From positions 1 through 64,000 of IMG/VR virus record IMGVR_UViG_3300032268_000986: DNA of 64,000 bases; one strand, given 5' to 3'. Below the pieces are notes generated by a model that made no database searches, was not told the origin of the DNA, and saw only the letters and a program-made list of their open reading frames with translations. The position numbers and the translations under genes were made by a program. Positions within the stretch are counted from its first letter, which is position 1. Every line of letters begins with the position of its first letter. Shown piece after piece: positions 53,313 to 63,175 of this stretch.

Positions 53313-54624
53313 ATTTCGACGAGAAGTATTAGACAATATATCCGACAGTTTTTGTGCAGCCAAGTGGTACAACGCCACCATTTGGCTGGGTTCCGGCATG
53401 ACCACATCATGTCATCACCCACCGGCCCATTTGGTGGACAAAGATAAAGTCCAGGCCAACCCTAGGCTGTTGCACAATACTGATCAGAAAAAAGCAGATC
53501 GTGCCCTGATGTTAAAGGGCGAACGTCCCAGTGGTTGTGAATACTGCTGGAAAATTGAAGACATTGGTCGCGACAACATTTCGGACCGTGTGTACAAATC
53601 ACGAATTTATCCCATAAAGGCCCTACATGAAGCAGCAAACACTCCCACAGATCAAGACGTCAATCTTCGCACACTTGAAATTGCATTCGACCGCACTTGC
53701 CAATTTGCTTGTAGCTATTGTAACCCTGCTTTTTCTAGCACATGGGTTAACGACATCAAGCGCAACGGGCCTTACCAGTCCCTGGTGTCTGATGGGCGCA
53801 ACCACTTTACTCATGCTCACGACAGTGCTCAACTATACCGGTTTGGCGAAACTAATCCGTATGTTGAAGCCTTCTTTGAGTGGTGGGAGACAGACCTCTA
53901 CCAAACCCTGCAAGAACTGAGAATCACCGGAGGTGAGCCCCTGATGTCAGCGCACACCTGGCGACTGATTGACTGGTTCCGTGACAATCAAGGCCGCAGT
54001 GCAACACGCCTGGCCATTAACTCAAATCTGGGTGCGGATGTGGATGTTGATCGACTGTTGAACAGCACTCAAGGCCTGCCAGTGGAGATCTACACCAGCA
54101 TGGAAGCCACGGGTGTAGCAGCCGAATACATTCGTGATGGCCTGGACTATGCAGCCTGGATCGCCAATGTTGAAAAGCTCTTGGCCGCAGGCGTCACAGT
54201 ACATTGCATGTGTACCATTAATGCCCTGTGCTTGACCACACTGCCTGCACACCTGGATCAACTGGTCACATGGAAAAAACAACACGGACATGATCGTGTG
54301 AACTTTACACTAAACATCCTGCGCTTCCCCAGCTTTCAATCACCCCTGGTGTTGCCCAACACACTGCGCCAGCAGTTCCAGCAGGCGTTGACTCAGTGGC
54401 TAGAGGATCATCAAGGTCACAGCCATTTGCAAGAGCACGAAATCAATCACACACAGCGTCTAATAGACTATCTTGATGTAGTAAAGACTCCGCACAGTGA
54501 TGCGTTTGACCTGCCCCGATTGCTGAATGATTTCCAGAAATTTCATGCACAATATGACCAGCGCAGAAATAAAGATTTTGGAACAGCATTTCCCATGTTA
54601 AAGGAATGGTATGACAGCTTATAA
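53299..54624 (+). CDS. Radical SAM protein with N-terminal twitch-like domain
   Basis: CAAKW..SCHHP..CEYCW; CQFACSYC; TGGEP. Confidence 0.9.
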   Translation: MNDLEFRREVLDNISDSFCAAKWYNATIWLGSGMTTSCHHPPAHLVDKDKVQANPRLLHNTDQKKADRALMLKGERPSGCEYCWKIEDIGRDNISDRVYKSRIYPIKALHEAANTPTDQDVNLRTLEIAFDRTCQFACSYCNPAFSSTWVNDIKRNGPYQSLVSDGRNHFTHAHDSAQLYRFGETNPYVEAFFEWWETDLYQTLQELRITGGEPLMSAHTWRLIDWFRDNQGRSATRLAINSNLGADVDVDRLLNSTQGLPVEIYTSMEATGVAAEYIRDGLDYAAWIANVEKLLAAGVTVHCMCTINALCLTTLPAHLDQLVTWKKQHGHDRVNFTLNILRFPSFQSPLVLPNTLRQQFQQALTQWLEDHQGHSHLQEHEINHTQRLIDYLDVVKTPHSDAFDLPRLLNDFQKFHAQYDQRRNKDFGTAFPMLKEWYDSL

Positions 54625-55873
54625 TTACAACTCCGCAGACCTAGTACGACCTGTGGATCTCACTGCTCGTGAGGAATTCTTGTTGAAAGATTCTAAAACC
54701 TTTTGCATCTATCCTTGGATTCATTTACATGCTTACCCCACTGGCGAAGCATACCCCTGTTGTCATGCCGAAATGAAACCGGGTGTAGTGGGCAACTGTC
54801 GTGAGAATACTCTGGCGGAAATATGGCGTGGTGAGCCCATGCAGAAACTGCGCAATGACATGTTGACTGAAACTCCGCATGCTGCCTGCACACGTTGTTA
54901 TGAACAAGAAGAGTCAGGTTTCTTTTCGGGCCGCCGTAGTGCCAACAAGCATCATGGACACCACATAAAGAAGCTGGAAGAAAACCCATTTGAAATGACA
55001 TACTGGGACATTCGTTTCTCAAACCTTTGCAACTTAAAATGTCGCAGTTGCGGACATATCTTTAGCTCACAGTGGTATCAAGATCAAGCCAAGCTGGCTG
55101 GTGGAGACTGGAAAGAGCGCAACACAGTTCTTAACTATGCCGGCCGCACCGAAACTGACATGTGGTCGCAGTTGGAACCGCACCTGGACTATGTGGAGCA
55201 AATCTATTTTGCCGGTGGCGAACCCCTGCTCATGGAAGAACACTATCGCATCCTGGACGAGCTGGTGAAAAGAAAACGTTTTGATGTTAGATTGATCTAC
55301 AACACCAACTTCACACACACTGATCTCAAGGGCCGTTCAGTGTTTGAATACTGGCGACAATTCAACAGTGTGGCCGTGGGGGCAAGTCTGGACGCCTCGG
55401 GTGCCCGGGGTGAGTACATTCGCAAAGGCACTGACTGGGCTGTGGTAGAGAAAAATCGTCAAGACATGATCAATATCTGCCCTCAAGTGGACTTTTACAT
55501 CTCACCTACTCTGAGCATCATGAATGCACATCACCTGCCTGAGTTCCATCGTGACTGGGTGGAAAAAGGACTGATTCGAGCACAAGATCTAAACGTAAAC
55601 ATCTTGCAAGATCCCCCACACTACCGCATAGACATAGCCCCGGCTGAATACAAATCAGAACTCACCGAGCTGTATCAAGAGCATATCAAGTGGCTGACAG
55701 CACAAGATCCCCTGGGCCGTGCCACACAGGGATTTGAGTCAGCTGTGACCTACATGAATGCCACAGACAACACACATCTAATAGACACATTCTGGCGCAA
55801 GACCCATGAACTAGACAGTATCAGAAATGAAAATTGTCTCACAGTTATTCCTGAATTAAAGGCATTGCTATGA
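54611..55873 (+). CDS. Radical SAM protein with N-terminal twitch-like domain
   Basis: CIYPW..PCC..CTRC; CNLKCRSC; AGGEP; YNTN. Confidence 0.9.
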   Translation: MTAYNYNSADLVRPVDLTAREEFLLKDSKTFCIYPWIHLHAYPTGEAYPCCHAEMKPGVVGNCRENTLAEIWRGEPMQKLRNDMLTETPHAACTRCYEQEESGFFSGRRSANKHHGHHIKKLEENPFEMTYWDIRFSNLCNLKCRSCGHIFSSQWYQDQAKLAGGDWKERNTVLNYAGRTETDMWSQLEPHLDYVEQIYFAGGEPLLMEEHYRILDELVKRKRFDVRLIYNTNFTHTDLKGRSVFEYWRQFNSVAVGASLDASGARGEYIRKGTDWAVVEKNRQDMINICPQVDFYISPTLSIMNAHHLPEFHRDWVEKGLIRAQDLNVNILQDPPHYRIDIAPAEYKSELTELYQEHIKWLTAQDPLGRATQGFESAVTYMNATDNTHLIDTFWRKTHELDSIRNENCLTVIPELKALL

Positions 55874-56454
55874 CAGCCGTTGCGCTAGGATGCAGTCACA
55901 CTGCCGGAGTTGGTGTTGACTCACAGCACTGCTATGTATCAGTGCTGGGCCAGCTGCTGAATACACATATTAAAAATCTAGGAGTACCTGGCGGAAATTG
56001 TTCACATGTACAACATACCCTGGTCGCTGAATTAAAATTATCTCAGCGGCCAGACTTTGTGATTGCACAATGGCCCAATCCTGTTAGACTCACTGTATGG
56101 CATGGCGACCAGGCCAGAAATGAAAATTTAAACCATGCCAGCCCGGCCTTTAAACAACTACTGCGCACCGGCGAACAAAATTTTTATCAACCCTGGATTG
56201 CAGCCATTGTTGTGTGTAATTTGCTGTGCCAACAGGCAGGAGTACCAATAATAAACATCATGATTGAAGATGTTGACTCTCAATATTACACTGTGCTAGC
56301 CCGTGAAAACATTGTGCTGCATGTGGACCGCAAACTGCCTGATCAAACTTGGTTAATGGACTCAGCAGCCAGTGACAATTTGCATCATTCAGCCCGTTGT
56401 CACCAACAATGGGCCAATCGATTACATGGATTATTAAATGAATATACCACATAA
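55870..56454 (+). CDS. SGNH-fold protein
   Basis: GCSHTAG, NLGVPGG, SDNLHH. Confidence 0.7.
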   Translation: MTAVALGCSHTAGVGVDSQHCYVSVLGQLLNTHIKNLGVPGGNCSHVQHTLVAELKLSQRPDFVIAQWPNPVRLTVWHGDQARNENLNHASPAFKQLLRTGEQNFYQPWIAAIVVCNLLCQQAGVPIINIMIEDVDSQYYTVLARENIVLHVDRKLPDQTWLMDSAASDNLHHSARCHQQWANRLHGLLNEYTT

Positions 56455-57655
56455 TAAATTCTGCGTGTTGCCCTGGGTAAGCCTGGAAGCGTCACCCATT
56501 GGCACAGTACGTCCGTGCTGCCTGGCCGATGATGAGCTGGTGGACAACAGCGGCACCAAGTTCTCGTTGTTGACTGCGGATTTTGCGGACATACAAAACA
56601 GTGATTCCATGCGCAGTCTGCGTGAGCAGTTCCTGGCAGGTGAACAACCTCAAACCTGTCGCAAGTGCTGGAACGAAGAACGTGCCGGCCGCACATCAAA
56701 ACGCATGCACACCCTAAATCGTCTCAAGCATGTGATTGGTGATGATCCCTGGACTGCAGATGCCCGACCCCTGATGTTCCTGGATCTCAAACTGGGCAAC
56801 ATCTGCAACTTGAAATGTCGTATCTGCGGCTCATGGTCATCAAGCCAATTTGCCACAGAAGAACTCAATGACATGCATCCCGATGATGACAAGAAAAAAA
56901 CATATCCATATCAGATGCTGCGAGCCGGTGCATGGCCCCGAGAGAATCAGCAGTTTTGGCAACAGATTGATTCAGTACTGAATGACATTCGATATATTGA
57001 ATTCACTGGCGGTGAGCCATTCATGATTCGCGAACACTTTGCCATGCTGCAAGGCATTGTGGACCGTGGCATTGCTCATCAAGTCGAAATTCATTACAAC
57101 ACCAATGGCACTCAGTATCCTGCAGAAGCCATTGAAATCTGGCGCCATTTTAAAACAGTGGAAATTGCATTCAGCATTGATGACCTGGGTGCCAGATTTG
57201 AATACCAACGCACCAATGCTGTGTGGTCAGAAGTGGAACAAAATATTCAACGTTTTCGACTGTTGCGTCGACAGTTGCCCATGATTCAACTACAGTGTTG
57301 CAGCACAGTGAACATTTTCAACATACACTACATAGATCAACTGGCCGCCTGGATTGTGCGCCAAGAATTTGATTTTGTGTACTGGAACATCATGCACGAC
57401 GCCTGGTATTTTTCCATTGGCTGTTTGCCAGCCCCGGCCAAACAAGCCCTGGAGCATCATTTGCGCACAGCCGCTGTGCCTGCGGTGTACCGCGAAGAAT
57501 TTGATCGCATAATTGATTTCATGCAACGTGGAGCCACAACCGATGGATTCATGACTCGAATGAAAATACGTGATCTAGACCGCAAGCGCAATCAAAACAT
57601 GCTGGACACGCAGCCAGAAATGGCAGCACTGCTGGGCTACAACTTCAACCAATGA
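56438..57655 (+). CDS. Radical SAM protein with N-terminal twitch-like domain
   Basis: CVLPW..PCC..CRKCW; CNLKCRIC; TGGEP; YNTNG. Confidence 0.9.
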   Translation: MNIPHNKFCVLPWVSLEASPIGTVRPCCLADDELVDNSGTKFSLLTADFADIQNSDSMRSLREQFLAGEQPQTCRKCWNEERAGRTSKRMHTLNRLKHVIGDDPWTADARPLMFLDLKLGNICNLKCRICGSWSSSQFATEELNDMHPDDDKKKTYPYQMLRAGAWPRENQQFWQQIDSVLNDIRYIEFTGGEPFMIREHFAMLQGIVDRGIAHQVEIHYNTNGTQYPAEAIEIWRHFKTVEIAFSIDDLGARFEYQRTNAVWSEVEQNIQRFRLLRRQLPMIQLQCCSTVNIFNIHYIDQLAAWIVRQEFDFVYWNIMHDAWYFSIGCLPAPAKQALEHHLRTAAVPAVYREEFDRIIDFMQRGATTDGFMTRMKIRDLDRKRNQNMLDTQPEMAALLGYNFNQ

Positions 57656-58641
57656 AAACACTGTTGTACGATAATCATACCAGTTTAGCATTGGACTGCT
57701 GTGCAGACCTGACTCAGCAGTATTTCAAAGTAGAACAGTATGATGCTGGCCGTGTGTATGATCCTGCTGATACCTTGGTAGTGATACCATTCTTTGGCGC
57801 AGGTGACTGGGCGTTTGACCTGCATGCTCAGGGATTTCGTGTGGCAGTAGATAATCTATGGGAACCCACCAGTCGCTATCTTGCCAGTCCAGGGTATGGC
57901 AAACTGGATCCTGATCGCACATTTGAAATTCACAGCGACTTGTGGTTTTGGTATTATGAATCCTGGAGCCTTTCTTATGCTCGAGCTCGCAATCAACATC
58001 TAGAGTACACACCACGCCGAACCTATAAAAAACTGGCGCTCATGCCCATGCGTCTTGAAAGAATGCATCGTGACTGGCTGTTTGACGCCATGACACCCTG
58101 GCTTGATGACTTCTACTACAGCTACCAAGCCAGGGGTATCAGTCTGCCCTGGGACCTGCCCTACGAAGATCCCACTGCACAACGCTACTATGATCCGCGT
58201 TGGTATGACGACACTTGGTTCAGCATAGTGGCCGAAAGCTATGTGGATGAAATGAATATCACAACATGGGGAACCAACCGCACGCCTTATCTAGGACCTT
58301 GGCCATTTATCACAGAAAAAACCTTTAAACCCATTGCGTTTCAACATCCATTTCAGGTTCTGGGTCATTCAGGCACCTTGGCTCGACTGCGTGAACTGGG
58401 GTTTGAAACATTTCCAGAAATGTTTGATGAATCATATGACCAGGCACCTACCGAACAAAAGAAATTGTCTATTTTGAAAAATAATGTCGCCAATTTTGAT
58501 CGCGGTGCCGGTGGTTACAGTCAACTAACACTGGATAAATTAACACACAACCACCAATTGTTTTTTGACTCTAAGAGAGTTGAGCAGGGTTTTTATCAAG
58601 ACATTATTGAACCACTATTGGCCTATGCAGAATCGACCTGA
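57652..58641 (+). CDS. Glycosyltransferase-like protein, paralog of 52206..53312
   Basis: SIVAES, ITEKTFKPI..HPF, GFETF..FDESYD. Confidence 0.55.
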   Translation: MKTLLYDNHTSLALDCCADLTQQYFKVEQYDAGRVYDPADTLVVIPFFGAGDWAFDLHAQGFRVAVDNLWEPTSRYLASPGYGKLDPDRTFEIHSDLWFWYYESWSLSYARARNQHLEYTPRRTYKKLALMPMRLERMHRDWLFDAMTPWLDDFYYSYQARGISLPWDLPYEDPTAQRYYDPRWYDDTWFSIVAESYVDEMNITTWGTNRTPYLGPWPFITEKTFKPIAFQHPFQVLGHSGTLARLRELGFETFPEMFDESYDQAPTEQKKLSILKNNVANFDRGAGGYSQLTLDKLTHNHQLFFDSKRVEQGFYQDIIEPLLAYAEST

Positions 58642-59920
58642 CACCATGTGCATGGCACCCTGGGTGCATACCTATCTTTCACCACAGACCGAACGGCGTT
58701 TGTGTTGTGCCAGCCGTGAGCCTGCACAGAATTTTCGTCAGTACATAGACACTGCTGCTGGCACCGGCCGGTATATTCCCATTACCTTGGATCAACACTG
58801 GAATTCCGACCACATGCAGAGTGTGCGTCGACGCATGATGGCCGGAGAAACTCTGCCTGAATGCGATGTATGCAACAGCAAATTGCTGAATACTTCAGTG
58901 TATCGAGACTATTTTTGGCATCTGTTCCAGCACAAATTACCCGAAGTGTATGACAGCACTGATGCCCAGGGCCGTACCACCATGCAACCAGTGTCATGGG
59001 ATTATCGCTTTAGTAATCTCTGCAATTTCAAATGTAGGACCTGTGGTGACATGCTAAGTAGTTCATGGGAAAGCGAGCAAAAGATCAACAACATGGTCAA
59101 TTGGAGCGACCCAAAAAACAACTGGATGCTGCCCCAGGTTCGACAACAAATCTCACAGTTCCAAGACAGTCAAATTGAACAAGAATTCAGTGACGCAGTG
59201 GAACAACACCGAGTGGAAGAGATTTACTGGGTAGGCGGTGAACCACTCATGTACGAACAGCACTGGCGGTACATGAAAAGAATCATTGAACTAGGAGACG
59301 GAAAAAATGTTTACGCTAGATATAACACAAACCTCAGTCGTGTTCATTATCGCAACACTGATCTTTATAGGGATCTGTTGGTTAACCTACGTGACTGGCA
59401 AATCTGCGCCAGCCTCGACGGAACAGGAGAAATCGGAGAATACATCCGCACAGGTCTGGAATATTCCACCTTTTTAAACAACTTTGAACAGGGTTTGACT
59501 ATACAAACAAATCCGCGTCAGATGCGCCTGGACTTTACACTCACATTGCCGGGCATGTTTGAAGTTGACCGCATGCAACAGCTGGCTCAGCAGTATGGGG
59601 TGGAACTCTTGGCCAAGGTGATATTCTCGTTTACCCCGGACATTGTGATGAGTCCCTTGGCCCTGCCACGTGAATTACTGGATGCCTGGGTAGACGAGCT
59701 GGTGCCCAACTGCACCAGCAATGCCATGCGTGATGTGCTGACACAGTTGAAAACCCGTCCCACGTTTGAACAACAGTGGCCAGACACGTATCGTGTGGCT
59801 CTTGCTCGTGGCCGCGATCGTGTGTTAAAATTAGAATCTATTCGTCCCGGCACTACAACCATGGAATCCATACTTGATGCCAGGCCAGAAATACGGAAAT
59901 GGTGGAATGAAATTGCTTGA
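58625..59920 (+). CDS. Radical SAM protein with N-terminal twitch-like domain
   Basis: CMAPW..LCC..CDVC; CNFKCRTC; VGGEP; probable start MQNRP at 58625. Confidence 0.9.
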   Translation: MQNRPDTMCMAPWVHTYLSPQTERRLCCASREPAQNFRQYIDTAAGTGRYIPITLDQHWNSDHMQSVRRRMMAGETLPECDVCNSKLLNTSVYRDYFWHLFQHKLPEVYDSTDAQGRTTMQPVSWDYRFSNLCNFKCRTCGDMLSSSWESEQKINNMVNWSDPKNNWMLPQVRQQISQFQDSQIEQEFSDAVEQHRVEEIYWVGGEPLMYEQHWRYMKRIIELGDGKNVYARYNTNLSRVHYRNTDLYRDLLVNLRDWQICASLDGTGEIGEYIRTGLEYSTFLNNFEQGLTIQTNPRQMRLDFTLTLPGMFEVDRMQQLAQQYGVELLAKVIFSFTPDIVMSPLALPRELLDAWVDELVPNCTSNAMRDVLTQLKTRPTFEQQWPDTYRVALARGRDRVLKLESIRPGTTTMESILDARPEIRKWWNEIA

Positions 59921-60956
59921 TGAATTCACAATTGAACTACGCAGTCGGCAAGACAACAGTCAGTTAACCCTCTATGTCAATGTAGATGACAACAGCTTGA
60001 GCCGTAAATGGCTCACGGCCTTGAATCACCTGGTGAGCAACAACTACCATTTGGAAAAGAACTATTGTTTTTTTGGATTCCCCGACAGTGATCGCAACAA
60101 AGAATACCTGTGTGAACAGATCAATGCATCAATTGCAGCCATCAATGCCTCGGCACTCACATACAAAATAAATGATCATTTCACTGTGGACAACACAGTG
60201 CAGCCGGACACAGGCAAATTGATTCATGACCGATTGAATCAATTGCACTGTTATTTTGAAGATCTGCAGGGAGTGTCGGGCCGCATGAGTCCCCACTATC
60301 AGTCAGCTGATGATGTCACACGCTGGCACATTCGACAATTAAATTTGCTGTGTCACGAATATGAAAGTCTGATCTTGAGCCAACGCAAGAGTTGGCAAGC
60401 GCCAGAATGGATCAGACCCAGCCAGCTGATGTGCTGGCTCAATGCGCCGAGATTTGAACTGGACTCTGCAGACTACGAACTGTTTGGAGTGGACACCATA
60501 TCTCGGGGCACTGGACAGGTGTTTGTGGGTGTGAACAAAGCAGTGGGCAAGCATCACTGGGAAGTGTTCAATGATGAAGGCAGAGACAGCCGCATAGATG
60601 AACTCACCACGTCCACACTGAAAACTCAAACCGAAGCCGCTGGCGATTTTGACATTGAGTGGGGTCAAGACCCTGCTCCCTATGAATTTCAGCAGACAAA
60701 ACTGGCAGACTTTAGAACATGGCTGCGAGCCAATGGATTTGACCCTGAGGATCCCACACTCACAATTGGCCATCCCAGAGTGGCACAAGTGGATCTCCAG
60801 CGCAGTTTTGGTACCTTGGAATATCGCAAGATCTGGGATCAGTTGGAGCATCACATGGATGTGTATAAAATACGTACCAGTGACGCTCGAGCTACATATG
60901 AGTATCGCTGGAGCGATGCTGATTATGCTGCAAGGCAAATAAAGGAATTGAAATGA
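59907..60956 (+). CDS. Hypothetical protein (His/Glu motifs LNQLHCYFE and LNLLCHEYE; possibly metal-binding)
   Basis: Long ORF overlapping both neighbours; probable start MKLLD at 59907. Confidence 0.65.
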   Translation: MKLLDEFTIELRSRQDNSQLTLYVNVDDNSLSRKWLTALNHLVSNNYHLEKNYCFFGFPDSDRNKEYLCEQINASIAAINASALTYKINDHFTVDNTVQPDTGKLIHDRLNQLHCYFEDLQGVSGRMSPHYQSADDVTRWHIRQLNLLCHEYESLILSQRKSWQAPEWIRPSQLMCWLNAPRFELDSADYELFGVDTISRGTGQVFVGVNKAVGKHHWEVFNDEGRDSRIDELTTSTLKTQTEAAGDFDIEWGQDPAPYEFQQTKLADFRTWLRANGFDPEDPTLTIGHPRVAQVDLQRSFGTLEYRKIWDQLEHHMDVYKIRTSDARATYEYRWSDADYAARQIKELK

Positions 60957-61054
60957 ATTGGATCAAACGAATCTACAACAGAATTGTCATGGAAATACGC
61001 TATCGTAAAAAGCTAAAAGAGCTGCGCAAACGAGATCCCTTTATCTACAAATGA
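60953..61054 (+). CDS. 33-aa basic peptide ending RDPFIYK (not in ORF track)
   Basis: MNWIKRIYNRIVMEIRYRKKLKELRKRDPFIYK; AAGGA RBS; ATGA overlaps at both ends. Confidence 0.75.
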   Translation: MNWIKRIYNRIVMEIRYRKKLKELRKRDPFIYK

Positions 61055-62526
61055 ATATACTGGGAATTAGTGCAGGCTTTCATGATGCAGCCGCTACTGT
61101 GATTTCACCCGACGGTGAGATTTTGTTTGCCGGCCATTCAGAGCGTTACAGCAAAAAGAAAAACGACTCAGATATTTCCGTGGCGTTGCTGAACGAAATA
61201 GACATGAGTCAAATTGACACCATTGCATACTATGAACGTCCCTGGGTCAAACAACTGCGTCAATTGTACGCAGGTCAGGGCATTGAGTGGCACAAACTCA
61301 CCACACGGCAAATACTACAAGCACAGCTGGGCCGCCGCAGAGTTTCTGGACGCACATTAAAGAACTACAATCACCATCAGTGTCATGCTGCTGCGGGATT
61401 TCAGACCAGCCCCCATCAACGGGCCACAGTGGTGGTGATTGATGCCATTGGCGAATTAGATACCATAAGCATCTGGGGCGCACAATATGTCAACGGCCGT
61501 GCTGTGTATAAACAACTGTGGCGACAGCGATATCCACACTCAATTGGCTTGTTTTATTCGGCAGCCACGGCCAGTGTTGGCCTGCGACCCTTGGACGAAG
61601 AATACATCTTGATGGGCATGGCCGCATACGGTGACGCCGCACAAGCCATCGGCATGCATGCTCTGGTAAAAGACACTGACAAAATTGAATTTAGTGAAAA
61701 CCTACATGCTGGAATAGACCCCAAGTACCTGCAGGATCTAGAGGAATTTGACATTGCTGCCGGAGCACAGTCCATGGCAGAGTGTCTGATCTATTCAGTT
61801 GTGCGCAGAGCAAAGGACTTTGGTTGGAGCGACAACTTGGTGTACATGGGCGGTGTTGCTCTCAACTGCTCGGCCAATCGCAATTTGGGGAAATACTTTG
61901 ATAACATTTGGATTATGCCTTGTCCCGGCGATGCTGGTAGTAGCCTGGGTGCGGCAGCACTTGCACATGGCCAACAGATACATTGGACCAATGCCTATCT
62001 GGGCACAGATATCCCTGGTGCTTATCCTGTCAACGACATTGTGGACGGTCTGCTACATGATCAAATTGTGGGTGTGGCCTCGGGTCGTGCCGAGTTTGGA
62101 CCCAGGGCTCTGGGCAACAGAAGTTTGCTCGCAGACCCCAGAGGCAGCGAGATCAAGGGGAAAGTAAATGCAATCAAACGCAGACAACAATTTAGACCAT
62201 TTGCGCCGGTTATTCTGGAAGAGCTGGCTGATCAGTACTTTGATATGCCTAGGGGTTTCGGTCACAGTAGGTATATGCAGTCAGTCGCTCGTTGCCGGCA
62301 TCCTGACCTATTTCCTGCTGTCATTCATCATGACGGTACTAGTCGTGTACAAACTGTACCCCAGGATGGATCGGGAATTAGACAACTTTTGGAAAAGTGG
62401 TATGCCTTGACCGGTTGTCCCATGTTGCTCAACACCAGTTTGAACATACGTGGCGAGCCCATGGTCAATGACCGATCAGACGCTGACAGATTTGAAATGC
62501 TGTACGGTGTGCGAGTTTGCAGTTGA
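61051..62526 (+). CDS. Carbamoyltransferase (NodU/CmcH/TobZ family)
   Basis: ILGISAGFHDAAA, HHQCHAA, IDAIGE, GGVALNC, EFGPRALGNRS, FRPFAP, LLNTSLN. Confidence 0.95.
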   Translation: MNILGISAGFHDAAATVISPDGEILFAGHSERYSKKKNDSDISVALLNEIDMSQIDTIAYYERPWVKQLRQLYAGQGIEWHKLTTRQILQAQLGRRRVSGRTLKNYNHHQCHAAAGFQTSPHQRATVVVIDAIGELDTISIWGAQYVNGRAVYKQLWRQRYPHSIGLFYSAATASVGLRPLDEEYILMGMAAYGDAAQAIGMHALVKDTDKIEFSENLHAGIDPKYLQDLEEFDIAAGAQSMAECLIYSVVRRAKDFGWSDNLVYMGGVALNCSANRNLGKYFDNIWIMPCPGDAGSSLGAAALAHGQQIHWTNAYLGTDIPGAYPVNDIVDGLLHDQIVGVASGRAEFGPRALGNRSLLADPRGSEIKGKVNAIKRRQQFRPFAPVILEELADQYFDMPRGFGHSRYMQSVARCRHPDLFPAVIHHDGTSRVQTVPQDGSGIRQLLEKWYALTGCPMLLNTSLNIRGEPMVNDRSDADRFEMLYGVRVCS

Positions 62527-62527
62527 A

Positions 62528-63142
62528 ATGTCAAGAATATACATCACTGGCGACAGTTTTTGTGCCTATCGTACAGATCCAGATCAACATTGGCCGGCTA
62601 GACTAGCAAAAAATCTTGGACTAACATTAGAGGGTCGCGGCTATCCTGGTCAAGGTTGGTGGCCTTCCTGTCAGGATTTCAATTGGTACATAGGGTCAAG
62701 GAAATTTTCAGAAACATCAGTGTTTGTATTTTGCCATACAGACTTAAATCGCCCAATAACCAATAATGAGTATTGCAAATTGGGTCTGACAAAAGAACAG
62801 CAAGAGTTTTATTTTAGATATCTCCATGACCCTGCTGTTAACCAATGGTCCGCTAACAAATGGTATCGAGAGATTGCTACATCATTGATCAACAAAACTG
62901 TGTTGCATTTGCATTTTGGTAGCAGTAATCAGAGATTGAGATCTCAACTGCCTGGCAAGCATCTAACACCAGAACTTGTGACCATGACATCATGGTTCAG
63001 CAACGGCAACACAGGACTGTTGCAGATGCATGAAGGGTACCCAAACCATTTTACTCCCAAAGTCAATGCCAAATTGGCTGACCTTATAGCTGCCAAATGG
63101 CAGCACAATGTCATTGACATTGCCAAGAGTGAGTTAGAATAA
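62528..63142 (+). CDS. SGNH-fold protein
   Basis: ITGDSFC, W...LA..LG, PNHFT; probable start MSRIY at 62528. Confidence 0.65.
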   Translation: MSRIYITGDSFCAYRTDPDQHWPARLAKNLGLTLEGRGYPGQGWWPSCQDFNWYIGSRKFSETSVFVFCHTDLNRPITNNEYCKLGLTKEQQEFYFRYLHDPAVNQWSANKWYREIATSLINKTVLHLHFGSSNQRLRSQLPGKHLTPELVTMTSWFSNGNTGLLQMHEGYPNHFTPKVNAKLADLIAAKWQHNVIDIAKSELE

Positions 63143-63175
63143 TAAATATCTTTATTGCAAGGAATAAAGGTATGT

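Noticed and set aside
50294-61054. RiPP cluster (radical SAM/SPASM peptide maturases)
   Set aside because: No RRE/PqqD domain, protease, exporter or clear leader-core precursor was seen, and the context is sugar-enzyme rich; not fully excluded because of the 33-aa peptide
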